DNA of 63,100 nt, counting the filler, from Octopus bimaculoides (lineage: Eukaryota): NCBI RefSeq assembly GCF_001194135.2. It is 5 parts of 4 records of this genome, joined end to end, with 100 filler letters (N's around TTAATTAATTAA, not from the genome) between each part and the next. Parts side by side here need not be neighbours in the genome. Positions count along the whole stretch, not along the records: positions 46,833 to 58,473 come from NC_068986.1; positions 58,574 to 63,100 come from NC_068986.1; 3 more parts are not named here. The stretch is one strand, 5' to 3'. The notes beneath the pieces were generated by a model. The model searched no databases. It saw only the letters and a list, made by a program, of their open reading frames with translations, and was not told the origin of the DNA. A program made the position numbers and the translations under genes. Position 1 is the first letter of the stretch, and each line of letters opens with the position of its first letter. Shown here piece by piece: positions 46,991 through 59,009 of the stretch.

Positions 46991-47614
46991 TGTCTAAAAT
47001 AATTTGATTTTAGGGAAAATTAATAGTTCCTTTAATATTTTACGTCTGATAAAAATCAACAAGAACGTTTCTTGCGACAAACTAGTCGTCATATCTGCTT
47101 GGAATCATGTGTTGTTATGTGTATTTCAACAACTGTTTGAATGCTATATTTGAAAATTGAATTTCTAAACGCTTCTATTATTCTAGCCTACATGAGATTG
47201 GAATTTGGAGAAAAAAATGTTCTAAGGTATTTTAATAATTAATTGAATAGAAAATTACTGATAATTTTAAAGGATATTGCATTTTGCCTGAGAAATTAAC
47301 GTTATGAATGCATTTCTTTAAACAATTGAACCTGAATTTTTTTTTTTTTCAGAAACAAATTTATATAAAGCACTGCTTTTATAAAGGTTTATCTTCAAAT
47401 TATAAATGTAAATTTCAACTTAATACGAAGATAAGGAGATGCTTCTAATACAATTCTAACAGAAGCTAAACTACAATACTAAATTGAAATAGATGTAAAT
47501 AAGGAAAGCTATAAAAAAAACGGAGTTAGATAAAAACTATAAACGTTTTACTAGTAACAGTCCAGCTAAACACCCTCTGTCTTGCCTATATGTAACTAAT
47601 AAAATAATACACAA

Positions 47615-47850
47615 AAAAGGTAAAGTTACCTTCTCGAGTCATGTCGACACAAAAAGGCCGGTTTCCCCGTTTCATGACTTATACATTCCCCACCTGGACG
47701 GGACGCTAGTCCGTCACATTTTTGCCAAGTGAGTGGATTGGAGCAAAGTGTTTTGCTCAAGAACACAACGCATCCCCCAATCCAGGAATCGAAACCACAA
47801 TCTTACGATCGTGAGTCCAACACCCTAGCCACTAAGCTAAAACCTCCACA
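47615..47850 (-). mobile_element. SINE group C (tail type 2)
   Basis: AAAGGTAAAGTTACCTTCTCGAGTCATG...CCCCACCTGGACGGGACGC...GAATCGAAACCACAATCTTACGATCGTGAGTCC. Confidence 0.85.
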
Positions 47851-47879
47851 TATTTGTAACTAGGAAAGGTGCCATTTTT

Positions 47880-48000
47880 TCTAGCTTTGGCACAAGGTCA
47901 GCAATTTTAGAGGAGGGGAAATCGGTTACATCATCCTTAGTACTTGACTGGTGCTTTATTTTATGGACTCCGAAAGGCTGAAAATCGAAGCTAACCTCGA
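47880..48000 (-). mobile_element. SINE group B, 3' part
   Basis: TTTGGCACAAGGTCAGCAATTTT...CTGGTGCTTTATTTT...CCGAAAGGCTGAAA. Confidence 0.7.
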
Positions 48001-51000
48001 TCTATAATTAAATTAGCGATAAAGATACAATCTTTAGTCGGTAATGTTGACTCACTTTCTTTATTGTTCTGAGACTTCCCATTCTCAGCAGTTATCACTA
48101 GTTTTCTTGAGTGTATATGTTTGTTCTTTTTTCCTGTTTTAATAATGATATCTCATTTCTGTTTCGGCTACAATTTTCATGTTATTCGTCACCTGTACTT
48201 GAATTTCGTCCTCACCACAATTAAAATTGAAAGTAGTTGCCTGATTTGACAATGAAGCATGCTAGCTGGAAAGTTTTGAAATAACCAGTGTCAAGAGAAA
48301 GCCTCCACAAGGTTGTTTGAGCTGTTAGAAACAGCATCCAGATTCCAATTAAATCACATATTATTGTCTCAAAAAAACACATATTCGAGATTGTATTACT
48401 GGGTATTCTTTGCTTGAAAAAGGCGGAATAGTCACAGATGGAATGCTTTTGATCATAGGTTTCTTCAATCAGGACCGACTTTGGATTAACAAACATCAAC
48501 AACCTAGTATGTTAGCATTCTTTATTTATAATTCTGATTTAAGTAGAATTTATAGTTTATTTTTACTGAAGTGTTTTATTGTTACTTATTCTACGCGCCA
48601 TAGAGAATTACTGTACAGTATATTGATATGCTGTGCCTAGCAACATTATAACATCGGTCCATGAGATTCTGACATACTTACAAATAACATATCCATGCTT
48701 ATTACATCGTCTTGCATACCCGGTAGTAATGATAATATTGTAATGATAATAAGAGTTACAAAACTTCATTATAATACCAATGTCAGAATTTTCTGAGTGT
48801 GCATCGTGAGCATGCATGCATATGTTTATAACACGTGAGAATTTAATTTTCTTTCTTTTTTTCCAATTATCTCAGCTAAAAAATTAAAATTTTCCGCAGT
48901 TTGATTCTCTACTGCCTTTGGCTTTTCATGAATTCAAAATCTCATAATATGCTGTAAGACAAACTTTAATTAGTTTCTAGAATAGCAATAGGAGATGTGC
49001 CCCCAAAGTTTATCAAGAATGTTCATCTTTACAAGTAGTATAGCTTTCTCAAAAACATCCTTCAAAAATAATATATGAAATACTTTATACTTCCTATCAG
49101 ATATACGTTAAGCATCCATTACCTAATTTAGCGTACTCTCATCTTCATTTACCTATGATTCAGAATATTACATTACAAAAATATCTATAGTTTTTAAATT
49201 TCGTTTCCAACTTTTCTAAGCCATTCTACGACTGGCAAACTCAAACCTTATCCACATTAATTTTTAGAATAGGATTCTCATCTAGTTTAGCGTAAATCAG
49301 AGAATATGTTCATTCAGGGACGTATTGGCTCATTACTGCATTCTCATCATAGAAGCTCAGGAATTCGTCTCGGAAGCAAGATTAGTCAAAACTGGAATAT
49401 ATTGGTATCCTGTTAAAAAACGACTTTTATTATAGTTGTGCTGCGCAAACTAATATTATATATTTTCGCCAAATAAATACCAACTCTTTTTCATCCATTT
49501 AATTACTGACAAACAAAATATAGTTCTCCCATAAAATGCTTACTCAGTTGAAATTCTACCCGTATTGAGAAGGAAATAATGTTTTAATGACAATTCTTTT
49601 CAAAGAAAACAAGAAAGAGAACTCTTAAATCTAAATTAATTAGAAATTTAATGCAAATATACAAATAGAGTCAATCGAAAGGATTGTCATTATAGTTGAA
49701 AATCCACATAATATTTAAATTATTTGGAAAATATAAATATACAACAGAAGATTTGCATGTTGACGTGATCATAAGAGCGTTTGTAATATTGATTCATTGA
49801 ACAGACAGTCAATGATTTTGACCGATCAGCATTTAGTAATTTATGTAGCAATTTTACAGTTATGCTTTAAATCTGTTGAATACGTTTAAAGACATTAACT
49901 CATATAATGTATTGATTTTACTTTAGGTTTCTCATTTATACTTTATTTTAGTTATATGTTAGCAAAGAAAACTCCTGTATTGTTTTTATCATTTCTCTTT
50001 CAAAGAACTAGAACAGAATGAAGTTATTTTGCGCAAAATAAAAGAATATGTTTCACTGTCTTTTCTAATGCTATAAAGTCAGACATTCGGTCGTTCTCAG
50101 TATATTTCTACTGAAGGTAAACAAGACAGTAATGCGCAAGTAAATCCTTAGCGAACATCGTTGATAACTATCGATGTTAGGAATAGTCAAACCCCCACTT
50201 AATAAGAAGTGCAATCATTGACAAATCAATATAGTGAATGACCGGATTCTAAATTAAGACACAATATCTCCATCAAGTATTACATTGTATCTTCCATACA
50301 TCCTAACAGGATTACTCTCTTTTGTCTCCGCTACAGGTACCAGTAATAGAGTGAGGCTGAAGTCCCATAATACTTATCTTCAAGTGCTGGGCTATCTTTC
50401 AATGACCTTAAATCTTCTCCTCTGGTAATTTGACTCATGATATATTCTTTCCACTTTATCATAAATTATATCATCATTTTTTGCCCATCATTTCAACTAT
50501 TTCAGAGGAAATTAATTGAAGTCATTCTTATTATCTGTTTTTTTTGGGGGGGGGGTGCTTTCTTTGGTATTTCTTTTGAAATATTATATGAAATTGTTCC
50601 TTATATCTCCTTTGAGAACGTATTTAGTTCAATGCTACAGATTTCTAATGAGTCATTCACTGGTTCACAGTATTTCTGAAGGCAAGAGTAACACAGGAAG
50701 AGATTGAAAGACAAATCTGAACCATGGGGTTGATAGAGTGAGGGACAGGAAGAGCTCCATCAACACGCGGAGCAAAGGTGCGATCAGATCGTAAGCTATC
50801 GATCCACGAGACGAGAGATAGTGGAGACCATAGGAAAGAAGATTCGATAGGAACCAAATATGGTCGAAAACTTTTTTGCTGGTGTCGATTTCCTTATTTA
50901 ACCGAGTCATTAATCTTCTCTCACCTTTCCTTTTTCAGAACTGACGATGATAGAAGCAGGAAGCTATTTATCAAAATGTGAATAAAACTTGTGACTGACA

Positions 51001-51429
51001 CAAGTCATTTACATAACAATGCAAAGTTGTTAATTAAGTCAGCGATCAAAATTTCATAGGAGTTGGACTTAATAACAATGTGAAGAAATAGTTATGAATT
51101 TGAACAAAAGTGTCATTTTAAGTAGTTCTTACACAATATGTAAGAAAATAAAGGACTGTAATATTCAACTTGAATAATAAACAAAAATCAAGATATGGAG
51201 TTTATATCAGATTTTACTTATAATACATTGTCGACATGTCAAACAATGGCATGTTATATGTAAAAAATATTTGGGAGTTTTACACCAATAGAAGATAGTA
51301 AAGTGAAAGTAGTTGAATTAAGATGAGTTCTTTGTATATACTTTTTTAATAACTATATATAAAAGGAAACTTTGCATTGAATATTGGCAGATCCTTGGTT
51401 TCAGCAAGGAAGTGAGTTACTGAGTCAGA

Positions 51430-51730
51430 CCTTCAGATTAACTGAAGATTGGATAGTTAAATTAACGTGTATGTAGTTGCGTATTCCACAGGTATGTGCG
51501 CCCTTATAATTATTCGCAACCCCAATCGGCATAACAAAGCAGGACCTTTGAATTATAGGTTCAATTCATTATACGGTCTTCAAACAGTTTCCATCAACAC
51601 AATTTCACTCACAAGACTTGGGGTCGACTCGAGGCTATTGTAAAGACAGCTGCCAAAAATACCTCATAGTCGGATCGAACCCAATACTTCATGATTGCAA
51701 AGCGATCTTCTCAGCCACTCAGCCATGCCT
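51430..51730 (-). mobile_element. Old SINE fragments (group C tail, then group A 5' half)
   Basis: AAATTAACGTG...TCCACAG...CCTTTGAATTATAGG; then CACTCACAAG...GAGGCTAT...GAACCC...CAGCCATGCCTG. Confidence 0.55.
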
Positions 51731-53759
51731 GGGCCCACCAATTGAATGCTAAGCTGGATGTTAATGCAGTGGTTTAGCTATATTGGAAAATACTTCAATA
51801 TCTGAAAGGATTATTAAGTAGATCAACTGTAAAGTAATTATTCCTTGTGGAGACAATAATAAAACTATCATAAAATGAATATTGCGTGAAAATTTACTGA
51901 CAATATATTACAATGTGGAGTAACAAAAGTAATTTCAAGCACGACTAGGACAGAAACGCAGCAGAAAATTTTAAGTGATAACATGATATCTGGCGTATGT
52001 TACAAGCCTGTTTTACTGCAGCAGTCTCGGGTAAGCGTTGAAATTTGAATGAAAGAACATGGGCGATATTAACGCTTTAGTTTAGACATTTGAATTAATG
52101 AAATGATATAAAAAGGATTGTGATTACAATAACGATTCCTTATTCAGGCACAGATTCAGTATTACACTAACACATAGAACGTAGGTACACATAGAAAAGG
52201 AGTCTAGAAATACTGTATGGTCACATCACAACACTAAGACAACTATTTCACCTCAACTCTCTCTGATTTAACATTACGCCGAAACACATAAGGTGAAAAA
52301 GGATAAATTCTTCCAACATATATCCGAATGTAAACTACTTACGACTGGATATATCTCTATAAGCAGAGTTTGAAATATGATTGTAACATGAAACATGATT
52401 AAATGTCTTCTGCGGGTGGTGCTATTAAGTTAAGCATGGCCTGAACCAATTCCAGCTGAAACCTAAGTATAACAAACTGAAAATTTTCGGAAATTATTCA
52501 TGCAATTAGTAGACAAGAGATACCTCAACGTGTACCTAAAATCCATAAATAAGTACAAGTGAATAATATTGGATCAACAGAAACCAAATTTGATGATGGA
52601 GTATGTTACAAATTGATTCTGTCTTTGAAATCTATTTCAAAAGCGGCTTCAAAACTTACAAAATCGTAATCTGCAAATGCGAATATGCCAAAGTTATTTT
52701 GATTTGATGCCAGATAAAGTTTCTAGTTCCTCCCAAATCTATTTATATTCAAATAATACTTTGAAATCCAGTCAGATTAATGGATTATACGCTCTGAACT
52801 TATAGATTCTATTGAAAAATACACACTTTTGAACTAATATTGAAAATTTTATCATTGTTTCTAACAACCAATCTTAAAACTTTTATCAACATTAAGTTTA
52901 ACCACTGTTTAACCAACGAACACAGAAAATAATTTTGAAAACTATATGAATTGTATCGGTGTTATGAATTGTCACCATGAGTCACATTTTTGAGTTTTCC
53001 AAAGCAAAGCAAAGCCAGTCTTCACATAATGATGCAAGGCAAAAAGATTCACTTTATTTAAAAGATAATAATCACTATAATTTAGTTCTTGTGGCATTTA
53101 GAAAATTATAACTATCTAGTAATTATGCATTATAATGATTCAATCAAGGCGACGAGTTGGGTGAGTCGTTAGGGCATCAGAGAGAATGCCTCGGAGTTTT
53201 TCATCTGATTCTCTGCACTCTGATAAATTCTTTCCCTAATCACATACCGATGCCTTAAGTTGATAAGAAATTTGGTTCGTATAACAAAAGTCGTAAAATA
53301 CTCAGAAAATTTACAAAAGTTTCACTACAAAATTAAAACTCTCAAATAAGAGTTCAATTTCCCTCTGGATTTTTTGAAGATATTCCTCAATTCTTCAATC
53401 GTGTTTTTTTTTTTGTTTTTTTCTTGTTTGCGAGTAAGCAAAATCCATCTCTGCTTTAGAAGTAATTTTAAATATATTTTTATACATGTGTAAAACATGG
53501 TAGCAACTGTCTCTCAAAGGGGTTGCATATAGAAAATAACATAAATAGAAGGGATCTACCTACATTCACTTCTAAGTTGTTTACTCAAAATTATCAAAAT
53601 ACTTCCAATGGGAGCTTGATTTATATCAATTTCTGCAGAACTAGGGTTTTTAATGTATTCATTAAAATCCGTTTAAGTCGTTCAAAACAGACGTATAGGA
53701 ATCTGCACACGCTCGTACACACATACATATTTGTGGTGGAGGTGCACGCGCGAACAAGT

Positions 53760-53792
<33 letters not shown>

Positions 53793-54944
53793 CCTAGAAG
53801 CTGTATTTATTGTACATATTTAGTCTTAGCCGAAGGAGTGCTATTCAAAATGAATCCTAGTAAAATTAGATTCACAATCGGGATAAACGGAATTAAATAC
53901 TTTGGTATTTTTATACGATATTCTGCGATTTTAGACATCTCCAAATCTCTTTAAAAGTTGCAAAGTATAGTAGAATTAAAGAATTATAGTATTTGAACAA
54001 GATCCAGATTTAAAGGAATAAGTTGAATTGTCAGTATATTACATGTAATTATTTTACGAATCCCATAAAAAATGAATGACAAAAAAGAATTTTGAAAAAA
54101 TTTAGCATTTGAAAAATATAAATATTTTAAAGTATCCAATACCAAATTCGTCTAGATTGGTCGTCTGCACCATAATTTCATTTTTGTACCAATATTTTGA
54201 CTTACTCAAAGTAGCTATGAGATTACTATTCCAAAACATCTGCCGATATTTCATTTCATCACAATTACAAAAAAGATAAACTCATTACATAATTACATAA
54301 TTACAAAAAAGATAAAATTATACTTGCACCTCATTACAATATTCCGGCTTTTAATTTTTATACGATATTTCTCACACACCTGAAATCTTCCTAAATGGCA
54401 GGAAATCCATTCCAATAGCAATCCCCTTAGTGAAAACTTCCAAGAGTATTTCAAAACTCGTATGATTACTTTTTACGTAGTACTTATATGTCCGATAATT
54501 AAGAATATTTTTAGATTCTTATTTTGTGTGCTGTTTGATATTCTACGGCTACATACACATGCATATAGAAAATGCAATATATATAATATATTATATTTGA
54601 TATATAAACGATATAACCTTCTAAAAGAACTGCAATTTTGTAATTTCATATATGCTTTATGAATGTGTGTGTATATATTTATATATACACTCACTCACAC
54701 GCACACACACAAAAGCATACAAACAAGATTACAATAAAAAGAATTTAGTTAAATTCATTATTTTAACATAGTAAAATGTATAATCTTTACAATTGTTTCA
54801 CTAGCGGATATTGGTGTGCTGTACGGTGATTGTCACATACTCAATTGCATAATCACCTTGACTGAAAGTTGGATACACTGTTTCATTCGAAATAGTAATT
54901 TTTCAATACATATTCATGTATATAAAACACACTACATACATATG

Positions 54945-54977
<33 letters not shown>

Positions 54978-55569
54978 NNNNNNNNNNNNNNNNNNNNNNN
55001 NNNNNNNNNNNNNNNNNNNNNNNNNNNNNNNNNNNNNNNNNNNNNNNNNNNNNNNNNNNNNNNNNNNNNNNNNNNNNNNNNNNNNNNNNNNNNNNNNNNN
55101 NNNNNNNNNNNNNNNNNNNNNNNNNNNNNNNNNNNNNNNNNNNNNNNNNNNNNNNNNNNNNNNNNNNNNNNNNNNNNNNNNNNNNNNNNNNNNNNNNNNN
55201 NNNNNNNNNNNNNNNNNNNNNNNNNNNNNNNNNNNNNNNNNNNNNNNNNNNNNNNNNNNNNNNNNNNNNNNNNNNNNNNNNNNNNNNNNNNNNNTTTATT
55301 TGCGCATGCGTATATCCCTGTGTATGTCTATGTTTAGTGTGTGGGGGGAATGTGTATGGTACCTGCATTATCAGTATCCCCTGTTTATTCACGTTCGTTT
55401 AATTTACTTTTCTATATTTTATTCATTTGTTTTTATCTATTTACTTTTTATTTATTTCTTATTTGTATTAATTTAATTTAATTTATTATATTTTGTTTAT
55501 GTATATAATTATTTAATTCCATTTATTCATCTGTCTGCTGTATTATTTTCATATTATTATTAGTTTATT

Positions 55570-56450
55570 GGGATCTTATTCTGTCATGGGTTGTAGTGTG
55601 GGGGTGCTAGTGTTCCATTCTAGTTTTCTATTTAGGGTAGGTTTATTTTATATTATGTGTGTAGCTTCCGTAATTTATCTAAGCGTTGCATTGGTTCCAT
55701 GTGTGGACAACATTTTAACTTCTATGCTGTGGAGTGATCCCCCGTGTTCCCACTCGGCGTGATGGTATAGAACCGACGAGCTCTTCTCTCCCTTAAGTTC
55801 CCTCCAATGAGCATTTACTTGCTCTCCTATGCTCCGTGCTGTCTCCACTACGTACGTCGTTGTCTTGTTTCTGCACCGTCCCTCTGTAAAACTTATACCA
55901 TAGACTACATTCCTAGCTTTACAATTTGTTTGTGGGTTAAATCTACATACAATACAGTTCCTATCAGTACAGGGGTTCTATTAAAAGGGTAGGTTCTACC
56001 GATTAGGGATTTGATTGGGTTACCTAGCCTTTCTACAACCTTAATTCTTAGCTTAAGCTGGTCTAGGGCCTTTCTAAAGCGGTACGTCAATTCGCCTCTA
56101 GGGGTGGTGCTGACGAACATGACACTCTGATATTTGTGGCTATCATACCATGAGTTGGCCTTCCCTGTTTTCTTCTTAGTTCTTTCAATGGTGTTCCATG
56201 ACTTGCTCCTATAGAGTGGACAAATCCCATTCCTATCGTTACGTATGATAGTTTCGAATTTCCTCATGGCTCCTTTATATACTCTGATCCTTTCTCTATG
56301 GCTATATCCTGAGAACTGCATGCGGTGAACGAAGTGTTGTATGTGTCTCTTTAACTCTGTAGGGTCGCACATGCGGGACACATTTCTCTTTACTCTGATG
56401 AGATCTGCCATCAATATATTGAATTTGGCATTGTTCGCGATAGCTGATGA
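55570..56450 (-). mobile_element. Penelope-like element (probably Neptune-type): thumb/linker plus degraded GIY-YIG, 5'-truncated
   Basis: NILMADLIRVKRN...MQFSGYS...PLYRSKSW...SVMFVSTTPRGEL...KVVERLG...PFNRTP, then a frameshifted Cys-rich CTDRNCIVC and a VVYGI...C...TYV segment. Confidence 0.85.
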
Positions 56451-56696
56451 AAGGCCAACTCATGGTATGATAGCCACAAATACCAGAGAGTCATGTTCGT
56501 CAATACCACCCCTAGAGGTGAACTGGCGTACCGCTTTAGAAGAGCCCTAGACAAGCTTAAGCTAAGAGTTAAGGTTGTAGAAAGGCCAGGTAACCCTATC
56601 AAATCCCTAATCGGTAGAACCTACCCTTTTAATAGAACCCCCTGTACTGACAGGAACTGTATTGTATATCGATTTAACCCACAAACAAACTGTAAA
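56451..56696 (+). mobile_element. Inverted second copy of the same PLE linker region
   Basis: Reverse complement of 55918-56162 with 18 differences; encodes MFVNTTPRGELAYRFRRALDKLKLRVKVVERPGNPIKSLIGRTYPFNRTPCTDRNCIV. Confidence 0.9.
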
Positions 56697-56724
56697 AAAA
56701 GAAAACAAATATATGAATTAATGT

Positions 56725-58255
56725 AGACTTACCTTGCATTCAATATTTCGGGGTTATGATCCCATTTTCAAGAAATTAACGAATGTTGCCAAGGTGCGTG
56801 TGTGTGAGCGCGTGTGGAGTGAAAATGCGCAGAAAGGTGTTGCTGTAGCAACCAACTAGCTTCCTGTAACTCTCTTCTGTTATTGATATTTGGTTTCCTT
56901 TGGTGTATGAGGATGGCTTCAGAGATTCTAAGGTTGCCCCTTTTCCGCTGTGCTGCCCTGATGCGTACTATGAATTCCCGGGTCTGGCATTTCCGTAGAT
57001 GTTTATTCACAGAAGTGTCTGCCTGCATATGTTCCTTTATGCGTCTATACAGTTTTCTTGTGCTTCCTATGTAGGATGCGCCACATTTGCCACAGATGAT
57101 CTCGTATGCAACATAGGTCCTCTGGCACAATTCAGGGTCATTGATGGGGTAGTTCGATAATGTGCACTCCTCTGAGTAGTGAGAGATGTTGTTCTTGGGT
57201 AGAGCTTTTCTCAGGGAAGAGTCGGTGTACACTATCTGTATGTCGGGTCCTTCTCTGTGGAGTGCGTGTTGTAACGCTGCAGTAATTTTGTCGTCAAAAT
57301 GTTGTGGCTTTAGGAAGCACGTGCCGGACTTGGGAGTATGATGGTTCTTCTGGAGTTTATTGACCCTGATGCTCTACGGCGCCGTTGTTTGGCTAAAGAT
57401 GGTGGGTGGCCATTCAGGCTTAGGTCTCTGAGGAACTGCTTGGTGTTGACGGCTTTGTCGGTTACTTCGCTGCAATTGTTGTTTATACGTGCAATCTCGT
57501 TTCTCATGTATGCGGCTTTGGCTCTGGTGGGTAAGGCTGATTGGTGGTGAACGAAAAGTTTTCTGCTAGCAGTTTTTCAGGAGATGTCGGTAAATATGGA
57601 GCTTTCCTCTGTGATCCCGGGTTGAAAGTCGAGTAGAGGGAGAGTTCCAGATTAGTCTGGATGTTCAATCTCAAATTTGATGTTTATGTCGATGTTATTG
57701 AAGGTCTGGTGTATGTTAATGACCTCATCACTGGAGGACGTGATGATAAGGATGTCATCAACGTACCTGGAGAAGAAGATGCATGAGCGGCAGGTATTGA
57801 GTACTGTGCGTTGTAGCTTATCCATGTACGTGATGGCCAGTAGGCCTGAAAGGCTATACCCCATAGGTAGGCAGGAAGTCTGTTTGTAAATCACAACGTT
57901 ATATTGGAAATAGGTGTTACTAACTATAATGGTTAGTAACTCTCGTCTGTCCGAGGGTGTGAGGCCGAAGAGCTGGAGGTTGATGGATGGAGAGGTGGGA
58001 GAAGATAAAGGAAAAGATGAGGAGGAGGAGGTTGCAGGGGAGGAAGGAAGAGATGAGGAAAGAGGTGGGGAAAGGAGATGTGGCGGTGAGATAAGGACAT
58101 GATGTGGTCTATGAGGATATTGACAGCCGGGAGAGCGGGTACAGGAGTGTAGAGGGAAACTACGTCTAAACTAAAAGGGTATTTGTTAGTTTTAAGTATG
58201 GAGGAGTCGATATCTTTGAGTCTTGTGAAGATGTCGTGGAAGCTGCTGACGTTTC
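56725..58255 (-). pseudogene. Second Penelope-like element: degraded RT plus GIY-YIG endonuclease
   Basis: FSLDVVSLYTPVP, YKQTSCLPMGYSLSGLLA, RYVDDILII, FVHHQSALP, LNGHP, VAYEIICGKCGASYIGST...RIKEH...EAILIHQRKPNINNR. Frameshifts present; a purine-rich insertion of about 100 bp at 57985-58085. Confidence 0.92.
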
Positions 58256-58380
58256 CAGGGAATGCATTTCATATATATATACATATATATATATTATATT
58301 ATATTATGTTATATTATATTTATCTTATGATATTTACTTTTTATATTATACTCATTTATTGTGCTTTTAATTATTAATTT

Positions 58381-58450
58381 TTCTATATATGATAGTGGAT
58401 TTTCATCGATGAGTTCTTGAAACTTGGCTATTTTCCCTAAAACTATATAT
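58381..58450 (+). repeat. 70-bp repeat with an inverted twin at 62952-63021
   Basis: GATAGTGGATTTTCATCGATGAGTTCTTGAAACTTGG.TATTTTCCCTAAAACTATA; 2 mismatches between the copies. Confidence 0.9.
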
Positions 58451-58473
58451 TTTACATATATATGTATATATAT

Positions 58474-58573
58474 NNNNNNNNNNNNNNNNNNNNNNNNNNN
58501 NNNNNNNNNNNNNNNNNTTAATTAATTAANNNNNNNNNNNNNNNNNNNNNNNNNNNNNNNNNNNNNNNNNNNN
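58474..58573. other. Artificial contig/scaffold spacer
   Basis: 44 N + TTAATTAATTAA + 44 N. Confidence 0.95.
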
Positions 58574-58927
58574 GCGTCATACAGTCTGCCTTTTACTCTG
58601 AGTGAGAGTCCCTTTGTCGCCAGCAGGGGTAAGAGCTCTCTAAACTTTGCCCAGGCTATTCTTATTCTAGCAGCTACACTTTCAGCGCACCCACCCCCAC
58701 TACTAACTTGGTCGCCCAGATAGCGGAAGCTATCGACTACCTCTAGTTTTTCACCCTGGAATGAGATAGAAGTTGTTTCCTGTTTGTTTGCAGTCTTTAT
58801 TGCACCTGAACATCTGCCACAAACAAAAACTAACTTGCTAGTTAACCTGCCTTTGATGTTGCTGCACCTCTTATGTGTCCATAGCTTGCACCGGGTACAT
58901 CTTATAGAGTTACTACCTACTCCTTTT
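58574..58927 (-). mobile_element. 5'-truncated RTE-type LINE fragment (PHD-like finger plus RT C-terminus), open frame
   Basis: KGVGSNSIRCTRCKLWTHKRCS...FVCGRC...LEVVDSFRYLGDQVSSGGGCAESVAARIRIAWAKFRELLPLL. Confidence 0.9.
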
Positions 58928-58945
58928 GTGCAAATATATATATAT

Positions 58946-58978
58946 ATCACCATCATCACCATCATCTTCATCATCATC

Positions 58979-59009
<31 letters not shown>

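Noticed and set aside
48682-48769. Signal-peptide-like exon MKFVTLIIITILSLLPG... obtainable by deleting one T
   Set aside because: It requires an assumed frameshift, and the Ile run derives from a degenerate (AAT/GAT) repeat.
58404-58427. TCGATGAGTTCTTGAAAC as a hammerhead
   Set aside because: The core is altered and no stem II can form without using the GAAA.
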